Assembly: GCF_014879935.1 (NCBI RefSeq)
Contig: NZ_JACSRD010000202.1
Location: 4,572 to 68,571 of the forward strand
DNA from: Prosthecobacter sp.
Lineage (GTDB): Bacteria; Verrucomicrobiota; Verrucomicrobiia; Verrucomicrobiales; Verrucomicrobiaceae
DNA: 64,000 nucleotides
Reading direction: 5' to 3'
Shown one piece after another: positions 16,113-24,794 of this stretch (position 1 is its first letter; each line of letters begins with the position of its first letter). A program made the translations under genes and the position numbers. The notes beneath the pieces were generated by a model. It was not told the origin of the DNA. It searched no databases and saw only the letters and a program-made list of their open reading frames with translations.

Positions 16113-17398
16113 GAGATCGTGTAACGGGGTTTTGAAACCATGACGGGTGAGGCGCTGCGGCGGCTGACAGCATTCGAGAGCTCGTCGTAAACCCTGGCGA
16201 CGCGTGCGGCGATGGTGGGCACGTCATACTTTGCCAGCACCTCGGCCAGGGCTTCCTCCCGCAGGTGACGATGCTTGGCATCGTCGTTGAAGACGGTGTC
16301 GATGGCCGCGTGGAAGGTGGCGGGCACGTTCAAATCGTAAAGCAGGCCGGTGCGGCCATGATCGATGAGGGTGAGCGGACCGGACGTGCGTGTGGAGATG
16401 ACCGGCGTGCCTGCGGCCCAGGCTTCGAGGATCACGATGCCGAAGGGCTCCGCCCGTGAGCTGAGCACAAACGTGCGTGCCTGCTGGATCAGGCCAATCA
16501 GCTCGGGGGAACCGGATTCGAGGCCGCCCGTGAGCAAAACGTCATTCGGCAGGCCGAGGCGATGGATCTCGCGATGCAGCTCCTCGACGACTTCCTGCGT
16601 GGTGCCGGCACCGATGAGCACGAGCATGGCCTTCGGGTGGCGTTGCCTCACCTCCGGGAGTTGGCGCACGAGCCAGGGAAGGTTCTTCGCGGGATCCAGG
16701 CGGGCCACTTTGACGATCACGTCGCGTCCGGCGATCTGCGGGAAGGCCTTCAAGGCCGCTTCCCGATGATCCACGGCATACTGGGCGGCGGGGACACTGT
16801 GCGGCTGCACGATGATGCGCTGTCGCGGATACTTCTGCTGCAGCAGCTCGGCCTCACGCGGGTTGCAGGTGAAGATGGCGTCCGTGAGCTCGAGCACGCG
16901 GCGGCTTTGCACGAGCGCCCCGAGGGCTTTGCCCCACTCCCAGCCACCACGGAGCGGCGCGGTGAGTTTTTCGCCCACCTCAGCCGGAACATCGAGCGCT
17001 CCGCCATGCAGCGTGACCACATGAGGGATCTTTTTCCATCGAGCCACCCGCAGGCCGATGCCGGCGATGCGGTTCAGGGCGTGGCTGTGAATGACATCCG
17101 CCTTTTCGCGCAAAAGATGGGCTCCGAGGTCGAATGAGAACAGATTCCCGCCCCAGGAGACGAGTTCTTCCCGCTGCCGCTGGCTGATGCCGAGCACCGG
17201 CACGAAGGCGTGGTAGCGTCGCACGCGTGTGCCGGTGCAGCGGATGGGATCACGGGAGCAGGGCAGGGAATGACGCGGCGCATGCACGGTCGAGGTGACG
17301 TCGTGGCATTGCAGGCCTTGAATCAGGCGCAGCACGGCCGTTTCGGTGCCGCCCCATTGAGCGGGCTCGTATTTGCGGAGGATGTGGGAGATGTGCAT
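16109..17398 (-). CDS. Glycosyltransferase family 4
   Basis: Start re-set to MHISHILRKYEPAQWGGTETAVLRLIQGL (ATG 17398). VKVARLDPAKNLPWLVRQL..LSSRAEPFGIVILEAWAAGTPVISTRTSGP. ATGA overlap with the downstream GT2. Confidence 0.85.
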   Translation of the reverse strand: MHISHILRKYEPAQWGGTETAVLRLIQGLQCHDVTSTVHAPRHSLPCSRDPIRCTGTRVRRYHAFVPVLGISQRQREELVSWGGNLFSFDLGAHLLREKADVIHSHALNRIAGIGLRVARWKKIPHVVTLHGGALDVPAEVGEKLTAPLRGGWEWGKALGALVQSRRVLELTDAIFTCNPREAELLQQKYPRQRIIVQPHSVPAAQYAVDHREAALKAFPQIAGRDVIVKVARLDPAKNLPWLVRQLPEVRQRHPKAMLVLIGAGTTQEVVEELHREIHRLGLPNDVLLTGGLESGSPELIGLIQQARTFVLSSRAEPFGIVILEAWAAGTPVISTRTSGPLTLIDHGRTGLLYDLNVPATFHAAIDTVFNDDAKHRHLREEALAEVLAKYDVPTIAARVARVYDELSNAVSRRSASPVMVSKPRYTIS

Positions 17399-17405
17399 GG
17401 GCGAC

Positions 17406-18965
17406 TCAGGCGGTGGCGAGCACGGGTTTGGCGCGTTTCTTGAAGAAGCGGGAGCGGATGGCCGCGCGCTCCTCATCACCGAGCGCGGCGATCCACAGCG
17501 TGAAGGCGGTGGCCAGCGCGGCGAAAGAGCCTGCGCACATCGTTTGCAGCCAGGGGTGACCGTGAAACACGCCCAGATGCGGTGCGGCGGCAAAGATGAG
17601 CACGGCGGGCACGCAGCACAGCGCCGGTGCGAGCACGGTCTCGCGCAGCAGAAGCAGCGGCGGCCTGCCGATGTCACGCGCCATCCACGGCCACAGGCGC
17701 AGCCAGCCGAAGTAAAGCGTCGGGATCAGGGAGCCGACGGCCACTGCGACGACATTTCGGAAGATGAGCACGAGCGCGATGCTCAGCGCGAGGTTTGCCA
17801 CCGCCTCGCCCACGCCGAGCCACATCAGGCGGCGCTCATGGCCGGTCATCATGTAGATGCGCTTGCTCACGCTGTGCGTGAGCGTGGAGGTGTAGAACCA
17901 GAACAGCAGCACCTGGGCCACCAGGAGCGTTTCATGGGCGATCTGGGCCTCGCCGGTCAGCAGGCGGAGCATGGTCTCCATTTCGAAGGCACAGAAGACA
18001 TAGAGCGGTGTGGAGATGAGGGCGCTCCAGCGCGTGCCACGGTGCAGAAGGTCGCGCAGCGAGTCGTGGTCGCCGCTGGCATGCAGATGGGCGGCGGCGG
18101 GTGACAGCGTGTCCTGGAGCTGCTTCGTGAACTGCGCGAAGACTTCGGCGACCTTGGCCCCGGCCTGGTAGATGGCGATGGCACCGACAGAAAGCGTCGC
18201 GCCGAGCACCAGCTGGTCGGTTTTGCCAAGAATGATGTTCGTGGCGGTCGTGATGTAGGCGAAAATCGAGAACGCCATCGTCTCACGCATGACGCCGCGG
18301 GAGAACAGCCGCGGGCTCAGCCGCACCTCCGGCATGCCGCGCAGCGCGAAGAATGCGCTCAGAAGATCCGGCACCAGGGCGAAGAACAAGGCCGCGATCA
18401 TGATGCTCATGAAGCCCCAGCCATGCCAAACGGCCCAGACGATGACGCCGAGACGCAGCAGCATTGCCACGGTGGTGATGTTGTTCGCCAGGGTGATGCG
18501 CTGCTGCCCGCGCAGGATCTCCGGGAAGATGCCCAGTGGAAACGCCAGCCCGATGGCGGCGAAGAACACGATCAGCACCAGACGAAACTCCTCATGATGC
18601 TGCGGCGACACATCAAACAGCCGCACGATGTGATGCGAGCCCAGGGTGACCGTCAGCGCCAGCACCAAGGCCACGCTGAGGTAGAAGAACAGGATCGTGC
18701 TGAGCACGCGGCTGAGTTGCGACCAGTCTTTCGAGACGGAGAGCTCCGCCACTCGTTTCTGGGCGGCGAAGCCGAAGCCGAAGTCCAGCAGGATGCCATA
18801 GCCGAACACGCTCCACAGCAGCGACCAGAAGCCGAAGGACTCCTTGCTGAAGTGCTGATACAACAGCCGGAAGGTCAGCAGGCCGACGACGATGCCGACA
18901 AAGGTCCGGAGGTAGTTGGAGAGCGCATTGCTCCAGATGCGGCGTTGGATGTCGGCGTAGGTCAT
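17406..18965 (-). CDS. Wzx-type oligosaccharide flippase (MOP superfamily)
   Basis: Many hydrophobic segments with a Wzx-like N-terminus: NALSNYLRTFVGIVVGLLTFRLL..FGFWSLLWSVFGYGILLDFGF. Start set to ATG 18965, because the track start (TTG 19004) lies inside the conserved upstream motif. Confidence 0.8.
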   Translation of the reverse strand: MTYADIQRRIWSNALSNYLRTFVGIVVGLLTFRLLYQHFSKESFGFWSLLWSVFGYGILLDFGFGFAAQKRVAELSVSKDWSQLSRVLSTILFFYLSVALVLALTVTLGSHHIVRLFDVSPQHHEEFRLVLIVFFAAIGLAFPLGIFPEILRGQQRITLANNITTVAMLLRLGVIVWAVWHGWGFMSIMIAALFFALVPDLLSAFFALRGMPEVRLSPRLFSRGVMRETMAFSIFAYITTATNIILGKTDQLVLGATLSVGAIAIYQAGAKVAEVFAQFTKQLQDTLSPAAAHLHASGDHDSLRDLLHRGTRWSALISTPLYVFCAFEMETMLRLLTGEAQIAHETLLVAQVLLFWFYTSTLTHSVSKRIYMMTGHERRLMWLGVGEAVANLALSIALVLIFRNVVAVAVGSLIPTLYFGWLRLWPWMARDIGRPPLLLLRETVLAPALCCVPAVLIFAAAPHLGVFHGHPWLQTMCAGSFAALATAFTLWIAALGDEERAAIRSRFFKKRAKPVLATA

Positions 18966-18997
18966 GCGTGTCCGGAGTGTGCGGCCGTGGCCCCGCC

Positions 18998-19020
18998 GGA
19001 ACAATCCCCCCAGGTGGGTG
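18998..19020 (-). promoter_or_regulatory. Conserved upstream motif, copy 5 (CCCACCTGGGGGGATTGTTCC)
   Basis: Core 19004-19016, 38 nt upstream of ATG 18965 and just downstream of the terminator at 19038-19075. Confidence 0.5.
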
Positions 19021-19037
19021 GTGAGCGCATCCCGATC

Positions 19038-19075
19038 AAAAAAACGAGACCGGAAGACTTTCGTCCTCCGGTCTC
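19038..19075 (-). terminator. Rho-independent terminator after the FkbM gene
   Basis: Minus strand reads GAGACCGGAGGACGAAAGTCTTCCGGTCTC-G-TTTTTTT: a 9-bp perfect outer stem (19046-19054 with 19067-19075), inner pairs, and a T7 run (A7 at 19038-19044 on the plus strand). Confidence 0.75.
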
Positions 19076-19102
19076 ATCGCAGACCAACCGATGCAGAAAT
19101 GG

Positions 19103-19825
19103 TCAGCGGATGAACAGCCAGGTGTTCTCCTCCACGGTGCGGGTGTGGAAGCCGAGGAAGTGGATTTGATTGATCACGGCCTTGGTCGCAGCCTCACCGA
19201 CGATGCTGGGATGCAGTTCGATGATGATACGGGTGACGCTGGGCGGGATCTGGGCGAGGTCGAGGTGCGTTTCAGCGCCTTCGATGTCGCAAATGAGCGC
19301 CGTGGGCGGTTCCGGCATGCGTTGCACGAGACTGGGAAAGCTGAGAGACGGCACGGTGATGCGTTTGGCGGAACTTCCGGCGGTGACGATGCTGTTCTCC
19401 CAGAACTCGCCGCCGACATCGAGGCTGATCTCGCCGTCCTCGGCCGCGGCGGCGGCTTCGATGATGTCGGGCGTGAGTTTGTTGAGCTGGTAGTTCCGCT
19501 TCAGCATGGCCAGCGTGTTGGGATTCGGCTCCACGGTGACGTGATGCTTCACGCCGATCACCTTGCGGCAGAACAGGCCGATGAAGCCGATCGCGCCGCC
19601 GAGTTCGAGCACGACGTCCTTCCTGGTGAGGCAACGGTCGGCCAGACGACGTTCCTGGAACTCGTAGCGGCCTTCGAGGATGTGGTTTTTCATCAGCGGT
19701 GACATGCCGGAGATGTCGAGCGCGATGCCATGCAGCCGTGCACGGCGTTTCGCGGGCAGGGTTACTTTGAAATGCCAGCGGGTGAGGAAGTTCTGGAGGA
19801 AAGCCGGGAGTGCGAGGGTGCTCAT
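19103..19825 (-). CDS. FkbM-family SAM-dependent methyltransferase
   Basis: VVLELGGAIGFIGLF..VTVEPNPNTLAMLKRNYQLNKL..ALICDIEGAE: the FkbM pattern. Confidence 0.8.
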   Translation of the reverse strand: MSTLALPAFLQNFLTRWHFKVTLPAKRRARLHGIALDISGMSPLMKNHILEGRYEFQERRLADRCLTRKDVVLELGGAIGFIGLFCRKVIGVKHHVTVEPNPNTLAMLKRNYQLNKLTPDIIEAAAAAEDGEISLDVGGEFWENSIVTAGSSAKRITVPSLSFPSLVQRMPEPPTALICDIEGAETHLDLAQIPPSVTRIIIELHPSIVGEAATKAVINQIHFLGFHTRTVEENTWLFIR

Positions 19826-19839
19826 GAATGGAAAAGGTT

Positions 19840-21051
19840 TCAGGCCGCGAGGGCGAAGGTGGATGCGGTGGCGCTGGAGCGTGCGGCGATGGCGTCGAGC
19901 ATCAGGCGGTGGATGTGGGGAATGTGTGTGACGTCCTGCGGCACGTCCGGCGTGCTGCTGAAGAGCGTGGCGAAGCTCTGCGGATCATCGGGGTGATAGC
20001 CGTGCATGGCACGGATCGGCCGCTCACCCATGTGGGAGGGAACAATGAGGCAGCCTTCACGCACGAGGAAGATGAGCTCGCCAAAGCGGCCGTCCGCGAA
20101 ATGAGTGCGCAGTTGTTTCATCTCCGCTTCCGGCATGATGCGGCCTTGCGGCACCTTCTCGAGCGCTGCGATGATGCGACGGCGTGCGAGGTCGCTGTTG
20201 AACCAGAAACGGGCCATGGTGCTGTCATAGACGACGTTGTAGTCCCGGCCGATGCGCATCCCGAGCCCGTCGATGACACTCATGAGGTTGAGATGCTCGT
20301 CGCAATTGGCCATGCCGTGGTCGCTGAAGACATGCAGGGTCACGCTGCGGTAGTGCTGGTGCGCGGCTTGCAGCGTCTGTGTGATCCAGGCCTCATATTC
20401 GGCGAGCTTCGTGTCGATCTCCGGTGATTGGTTGCCGACGCGGTGCAGCAGCCCGTCGAGACCGGCCCAGTATTGAAACGCGAAGTCGATGCGCTCTGCG
20501 GTGATGTCCGCGTTCAAACGGTCGCGGTTGGCCTCCTCGGACTCGTCGGGGTTGGTGACGAAGTAGGGCACTTTCGCGGCTTCGAGCTGGTCGAAGATGT
20601 TTTCCCCGCGGTTCATGCCCCTGGGCTTCAGCGGGCTTTTTTTCTCCGTGAAGTCGTAGAGGTGGATGCGCTGGAAGGGGATGTTGTAGAGGTCGAAGTA
20701 GCCCTGGAAGCCCAGACGGCGTCTGGCGAGCTTGGTGAGCAGGCGGCGCACGATGCGGCGGCTGGTAAGCGCCTTGGGCAGGAAGCGCAACCAGCGGAGC
20801 GAGCTGAAGGGCGAGTTCTTCGGGTCGTGGATGAAGTAGCACCAGTTCTGATGCTCGTCGGGCCAGCGTCCGCTCAGGATGCTCGGAACGCAGGTGCTGC
20901 TGTAACCGAACACGCTGCCGAGTCTCCGGCGGTGAGGCGCTGCCTGTGCGAGGAAGTGCGGGCGGGTCTTGATGATCTCCCACCCGCAGGCGTCGATCAT
21001 GATGAAGAGGTCGAGGTGGTCTTTCATGCGGTGGGGGGACTGCTGGATCAC
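19840..21051 (-). CDS. Alkaline-phosphatase-superfamily enzyme (type I phosphodiesterase / nucleotide pyrophosphatase-like)
   Basis: Metal and nucleophile motifs: IMIDACGWE, GYSSTCVPSILSG, VFSDHGM, HGYHP. The track start is GTG 21051 (GTGA overlap with the upstream stop); ATG 21027 is an alternative. Confidence 0.7.
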   Translation of the reverse strand: MIQQSPHRMKDHLDLFIMIDACGWEIIKTRPHFLAQAAPHRRRLGSVFGYSSTCVPSILSGRWPDEHQNWCYFIHDPKNSPFSSLRWLRFLPKALTSRRIVRRLLTKLARRRLGFQGYFDLYNIPFQRIHLYDFTEKKSPLKPRGMNRGENIFDQLEAAKVPYFVTNPDESEEANRDRLNADITAERIDFAFQYWAGLDGLLHRVGNQSPEIDTKLAEYEAWITQTLQAAHQHYRSVTLHVFSDHGMANCDEHLNLMSVIDGLGMRIGRDYNVVYDSTMARFWFNSDLARRRIIAALEKVPQGRIMPEAEMKQLRTHFADGRFGELIFLVREGCLIVPSHMGERPIRAMHGYHPDDPQSFATLFSSTPDVPQDVTHIPHIHRLMLDAIAARSSATASTFALAA

Positions 21052-21434
21052 GCACTGAGGACCAGGCCGAGCAGGCGCTGGATGTCCTTGCGCAATTGCG
21101 AGGGGCTGAAGGGCTTGGTGATGAACAGGGAGGCATCTTCAAAGCCGTGATGCTGGCCGCGGGCGAGCTGGCCGCGGGCGCTGAAGATGACGACGGGTAT
21201 GTCCTGCGTGTCGGGGCTGGATTTGAGCTCACGGAGCGTCTCCTTCCCGTCCATGACAGGCATGATGTGGTCGAGCAGGATGATGCAGGGCCTCTCACGA
21301 CGGGCAATGTCGAGCGCCTCTCGCCCATCGGTGGCGGTGAGCACCCGAAGGCCGAGGGGCCGCATGCTGAGCTCCGCCACACGGCGGATGTGCGGCTCGT
21401 CATCGACGATGAGGATGGGGCTATCGGCTGGCAT
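21048..21434 (-). CDS. Stand-alone receiver (CheY-like) response regulator
   Basis: Start re-set to MPADSPILIVDDEPHIRRV (ATG 21434). IILLDHIMPVMDGKETLRELK..PVVIFSA..FITKPF. It overlaps the upstream gene by 14 nt. Confidence 0.85.
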   Translation of the reverse strand: MPADSPILIVDDEPHIRRVAELSMRPLGLRVLTATDGREALDIARRERPCIILLDHIMPVMDGKETLRELKSSPDTQDIPVVIFSARGQLARGQHHGFEDASLFITKPFSPSQLRKDIQRLLGLVLSA

Positions 21435-23184
21435 GACTGAGTGACTGCGGGCAGGGAACGGGAAGGGTGGCATGGGCGCGGGCGAGGATGATGAAGGTCG
21501 CATCGTCCCGCACACGGGCGGACTCATGATAGACGCGGTGCATCTGACGGAGGCTATCGCGGGCCGCCCAGGCATCCAGCCCCGCAACTGAGGTGCTTCT
21601 CAGCCAGTGATGCAGCATTTCCCGGGTGATCTGAACCTCGGAACTGGTGCTGTCACTGAGGCCGTCGGTGTGCATGAGGATGTGCGTGATGCCTTTGAGA
21701 TGGATCTCATGCTGCGGGAACACGTACTCCTCGCTGACGCCGAGCGGCGGGCCGTCGGAGCCGATCTCGGCCACTTCGACACCATCGGAGAGCAGCAGCG
21801 GGCCATGACCGGCGCCGCAGGTGCGCAGGGTGAGGCTGTCAGGGCTGAGGTAAGCAAGCTGCGCGGTGATGAACATGTCCGCACGGTCCAGTTCGGTGAA
21901 CAGGCTGCGGTTGAGCTGGTACATCAGCTTCGCCGGCTCGGCAGCGAGGCTCAGGTGGGCGTGGAGATTGCTGCGGAAGGCGGTGGCGAAGAGGGCGGCG
22001 GGCACGCCTTTGCCCATCACGTCCGCGATGACAAAAAGACGCCCGCCATCGGCAAGCGGGATGCCATCAAGGAAATCGCCACCGACCTCACCCACGGAGG
22101 TGAGATGCCCGGCGCTCTGCACCACAGCGCTTTGCGGCAGTTCCACCGGCAGCAGCGAGCGCTGGATGTCCGCGGCGATCTGCAGCTCCCGTTTGATGAG
22201 GCGGGAGTGATTCGCCTCATCGCGACGACGCAGGGTGTGCAGCAGGGTGCCGAGGAAGTCCCCCAGGCTGCGCACGACATTGATCTCGGCGGCCTTCGGC
22301 TCCCAGTGGGCCTTGTTCACGCCAAAGGTGATCACGCCGATCACCTCGCCACCGCTTTCCAGCGGGTGAGCGACGCCGCTGACGGTCTGATGAAGATGAG
22401 AGAGCGGATCGGCGCCGTCGAAGGCCGAACTGCCATCGAACCACTGATCCTGACGGGAGATGCAGGCACGCGATTCCACAAGATGGGTGCTGCTGACATC
22501 GAGAAAGGGCGTGACGAAGGATGTCGCCGGCGAGACGGCGATGCGCTCGAGCTGCGTGCCGTCCGGCGTCATCATCCGCAGGCTGAGAAAGTCCGCCGCG
22601 GCAAGCTGCCGCAGCTCTTCCAGCCAGTTGGCCGCCAGGGTGTCCGCAGGAATGTCACGCGCGGCATCCGCGCCGAGCCGGAAGATGTTTGCCAGCATTT
22701 CATAGCACGCGGAAAGTTCCGCGGTCATGACTTTGAGCGTCGCGGCGGCATCATCGTCCTTCCGTGGAGGCGTGCGGCGGTCGCGCTGGAGATGCAGCAC
22801 GTTTTCCTCGCGGCCGCGCAGGTAGCTGACGCGATCGGTGAGCGATTCGATGATGAATAGCCCGCGTCCGTGCTCGGATTCGTCATCTTCGGGCAGGCTG
22901 GCTTTCACCGGCCAGTCAAAGTCCGAGCTGTGGTCGGTCACCCGCACCTCGACGCCAGTGGTGGTCGTGGTGGCCTGGATGTTCAGCGGGCTTTCGCTTT
23001 CGCTGTGGACCACGGCGTTTCCTGCGGCCTCCGCCAGCACCAGTTCCCACTCGCGGCACTCCTCAGCGCCGAGGTTCTGGTGATCCAGCCAGGCGATGAC
23101 TTCGCGCACAGCCTCATGGGCTGATTGCAACGTGGCTTGGAAGTCGATGCGGACACCGGAGCAGGACTGGCGGACGAGATGCAT
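21421..23184 (-). CDS. Fused RsbW-like serine kinase (HATPase_c_2) - GAF-like - PP2C/SpoIIE phosphatase (SypE-like switch protein)
   Basis: N-terminus: LVLAEAAGNAVVHS..VRVTDHSSDFDW..EHGRGLFIIESL (anti-sigma-factor-kinase type). Middle: GAF-like, ..GVAHPLESGGEVIGVITFG... C-terminus: [46 protein letters not shown] (SpoIIE/PP2C). Confidence 0.8.
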   Translation of the reverse strand: MHLVRQSCSGVRIDFQATLQSAHEAVREVIAWLDHQNLGAEECREWELVLAEAAGNAVVHSESESPLNIQATTTTTGVEVRVTDHSSDFDWPVKASLPEDDESEHGRGLFIIESLTDRVSYLRGREENVLHLQRDRRTPPRKDDDAAATLKVMTAELSACYEMLANIFRLGADAARDIPADTLAANWLEELRQLAAADFLSLRMMTPDGTQLERIAVSPATSFVTPFLDVSSTHLVESRACISRQDQWFDGSSAFDGADPLSHLHQTVSGVAHPLESGGEVIGVITFGVNKAHWEPKAAEINVVRSLGDFLGTLLHTLRRRDEANHSRLIKRELQIAADIQRSLLPVELPQSAVVQSAGHLTSVGEVGGDFLDGIPLADGGRLFVIADVMGKGVPAALFATAFRSNLHAHLSLAAEPAKLMYQLNRSLFTELDRADMFITAQLAYLSPDSLTLRTCGAGHGPLLLSDGVEVAEIGSDGPPLGVSEEYVFPQHEIHLKGITHILMHTDGLSDSTSSEVQITREMLHHWLRSTSVAGLDAWAARDSLRQMHRVYHESARVRDDATFIILARAHATLPVPCPQSLSHASR

Positions 23185-23196
23185 GGGGGACGGGGA

Positions 23197-23481
23197 TCAG
23201 GCGTGGACGATTTCAAACACGCGATGCAGGCGTGTCAGCTCAATGAGCTGCGTGACGGCCGTGGAGGGATTCAGCAGCTTCAAGATGCCGCCCTGGGCGC
23301 GAAGCGTCTTGTGCAGGGAGAGCAAGGCGCCGAGGCCGGAGCTGTCGATGAAGCGCGTCTTGGACAGATCGACGGCCGTTTCCGTGGATTCGGGCGTGAT
23401 GTCGCGTGCGACGCGGTCTTTCCAGGCGCGGGCGGTGGAGGAGCAGAGTTCAGCGGGTGCGGTGATGACTGTTGGGTTCAT
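23197..23481 (-). CDS. STAS-domain anti-sigma-factor-antagonist-like protein (SpoIIAA/RsbV/SypA type)
   Basis: 94 aa. DLSKTRFIDSSGLGALLSLHKTL contains the conserved phosphorylatable-Ser motif DSSGLG. Confidence 0.85.
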   Translation of the reverse strand: MNPTVITAPAELCSSTARAWKDRVARDITPESTETAVDLSKTRFIDSSGLGALLSLHKTLRAQGGILKLLNPSTAVTQLIELTRLHRVFEIVHA

Positions 23482-23486
23482 GAGGA

Positions 23487-24791
23487 TCAGACTTGGCAGG
23501 TTTGGGGGATGTTTTTGTCGAGTTGGCCGGTGGCGGACTCGTGGGTGCCGTTCAGGGCCAGAAAGCGGGGCAGGCAGCGCAGGAGGATGCGCAGGTTCAT
23601 GCGGACGGAACGGTGCACGCTGTAACAGGCGGCGTGGGCAAGGGCGGCCTCCGGTCCTTCCAGGCCATCGTCCGTCGCATCGGCGAGCGAGAACACTCCC
23701 GCGGGCGAGGCTAGCCAGAGCTGCTCGAATTCATCTCCCAGCGCCGCGGCTTGGGGCGCGGTGAGCGGGCGGTTGCCGACGAGGTGCATGTCACCACGAA
23801 AGACGCGCCAAAGCTCCGGCCAGCGAGCGAAAAGACTGTCGATGCCGTTCAGCGCATGCAGAGGCGTGGTGCGCGTGTAGCGATCCTGACGGCCGGGTGG
23901 CGGCAGGATGATCTGGCGTCGCACCACGGTGGTCTCATGCCGCATGAGCCTCGTCCGCAGCATGGTGAAGGCGGCCAGGGGCAGCGTGAGCACCATCAGC
24001 AGCAAGGCGAAGAGCCGCGTCATCCACGCGGACGGCTTGCCGCCGTAGTGCTGGCGCTTCAGGCTGGCGAGGAGGAACTCATCCGTGATCTCGACAAACG
24101 AGGCGAGGCGCCAGTTTTCGAGGCCGTCTCCCCACGCGAAGGAGTGCGAGACCTCGGTCATGGCGCCGACATACGTGTTCGGGCCGATCCAACTGCCGCG
24201 CACAGTGGACTGATGGTCAATGAAGGCCGCGTTCTCGATGATGGAGCCGCCCATGATGTGGACGTTTTCTCCGATGATGACACGTGGGCCGATCCATGCG
24301 GGGCCTTCGATGACGGCCGTGGAAGCGATGCGCGCACGCGTGCTGACAAACACATCCGAGGCCAGACGGCGCATGGTGAGGCGTGATTCGGGCTCCACGT
24401 GCTTGAACTTGCGCCGCATCACGTCGTAAAGGCCTTCGGTGCTCTCCCAGAGCGGCAGCGTGGGGCCTTCCGGCAGTGTTTCGAGCGCGATGACCGACGT
24501 TTCGGCATCCGTGGCGAAGAGCGTGCGGGCGGCCTCGATGGTCGGCTCCCGGGGCACGGGAATGATCGTGATGCGCAGGCCCCAGCGACCGCCGTCACCC
24601 GTGGCGCGGCGGATTTCCTCAGGACGGTCCGCCACGAGCAGCGTGACCTCCTTGACGCCGTCGATGGCCAGTTTTTCAAGCCACAGGTCGAGCAGCTCAC
24701 GGCCCATGAAGGGCATGAGGGCCAGCGGTTTCATGCGGCGGGCGAAGCCGGCGCATTCGCGATGATCTGGAAGGATGACGACAGCTTTCAT
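23487..24791 (-). CDS. Fusion: nucleotidyltransferase-like + left-handed beta-helix domain + TM + degenerate bacterial sugar-transferase (PGT-like) domain
   Basis: N-terminus resembles sugar-1-P nucleotidyltransferases (MKAVVILPD..KPLALMPFMGRELLD..GVKEVTLLV) but has no clear GxGTRL loop. Hexapeptide-like turns: IEGPAWIGPRVIIGENVHIMGGSIIENAAFIDHQSTVRGSWIGPNTYVG. TM: LFALLLMVLTLPLAAFTML. PGT-like tail: WPELWRVFRGDMHLVGNRP..SPAGVFSLAD, lacking the KFRTM block and the Asp-Glu dyad. Confidence 0.7.
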   Translation of the reverse strand: MKAVVILPDHRECAGFARRMKPLALMPFMGRELLDLWLEKLAIDGVKEVTLLVADRPEEIRRATGDGGRWGLRITIIPVPREPTIEAARTLFATDAETSVIALETLPEGPTLPLWESTEGLYDVMRRKFKHVEPESRLTMRRLASDVFVSTRARIASTAVIEGPAWIGPRVIIGENVHIMGGSIIENAAFIDHQSTVRGSWIGPNTYVGAMTEVSHSFAWGDGLENWRLASFVEITDEFLLASLKRQHYGGKPSAWMTRLFALLLMVLTLPLAAFTMLRTRLMRHETTVVRRQIILPPPGRQDRYTRTTPLHALNGIDSLFARWPELWRVFRGDMHLVGNRPLTAPQAAALGDEFEQLWLASPAGVFSLADATDDGLEGPEAALAHAACYSVHRSVRMNLRILLRCLPRFLALNGTHESATGQLDKNIPQTCQV

Positions 24792-24794
24792 GGC

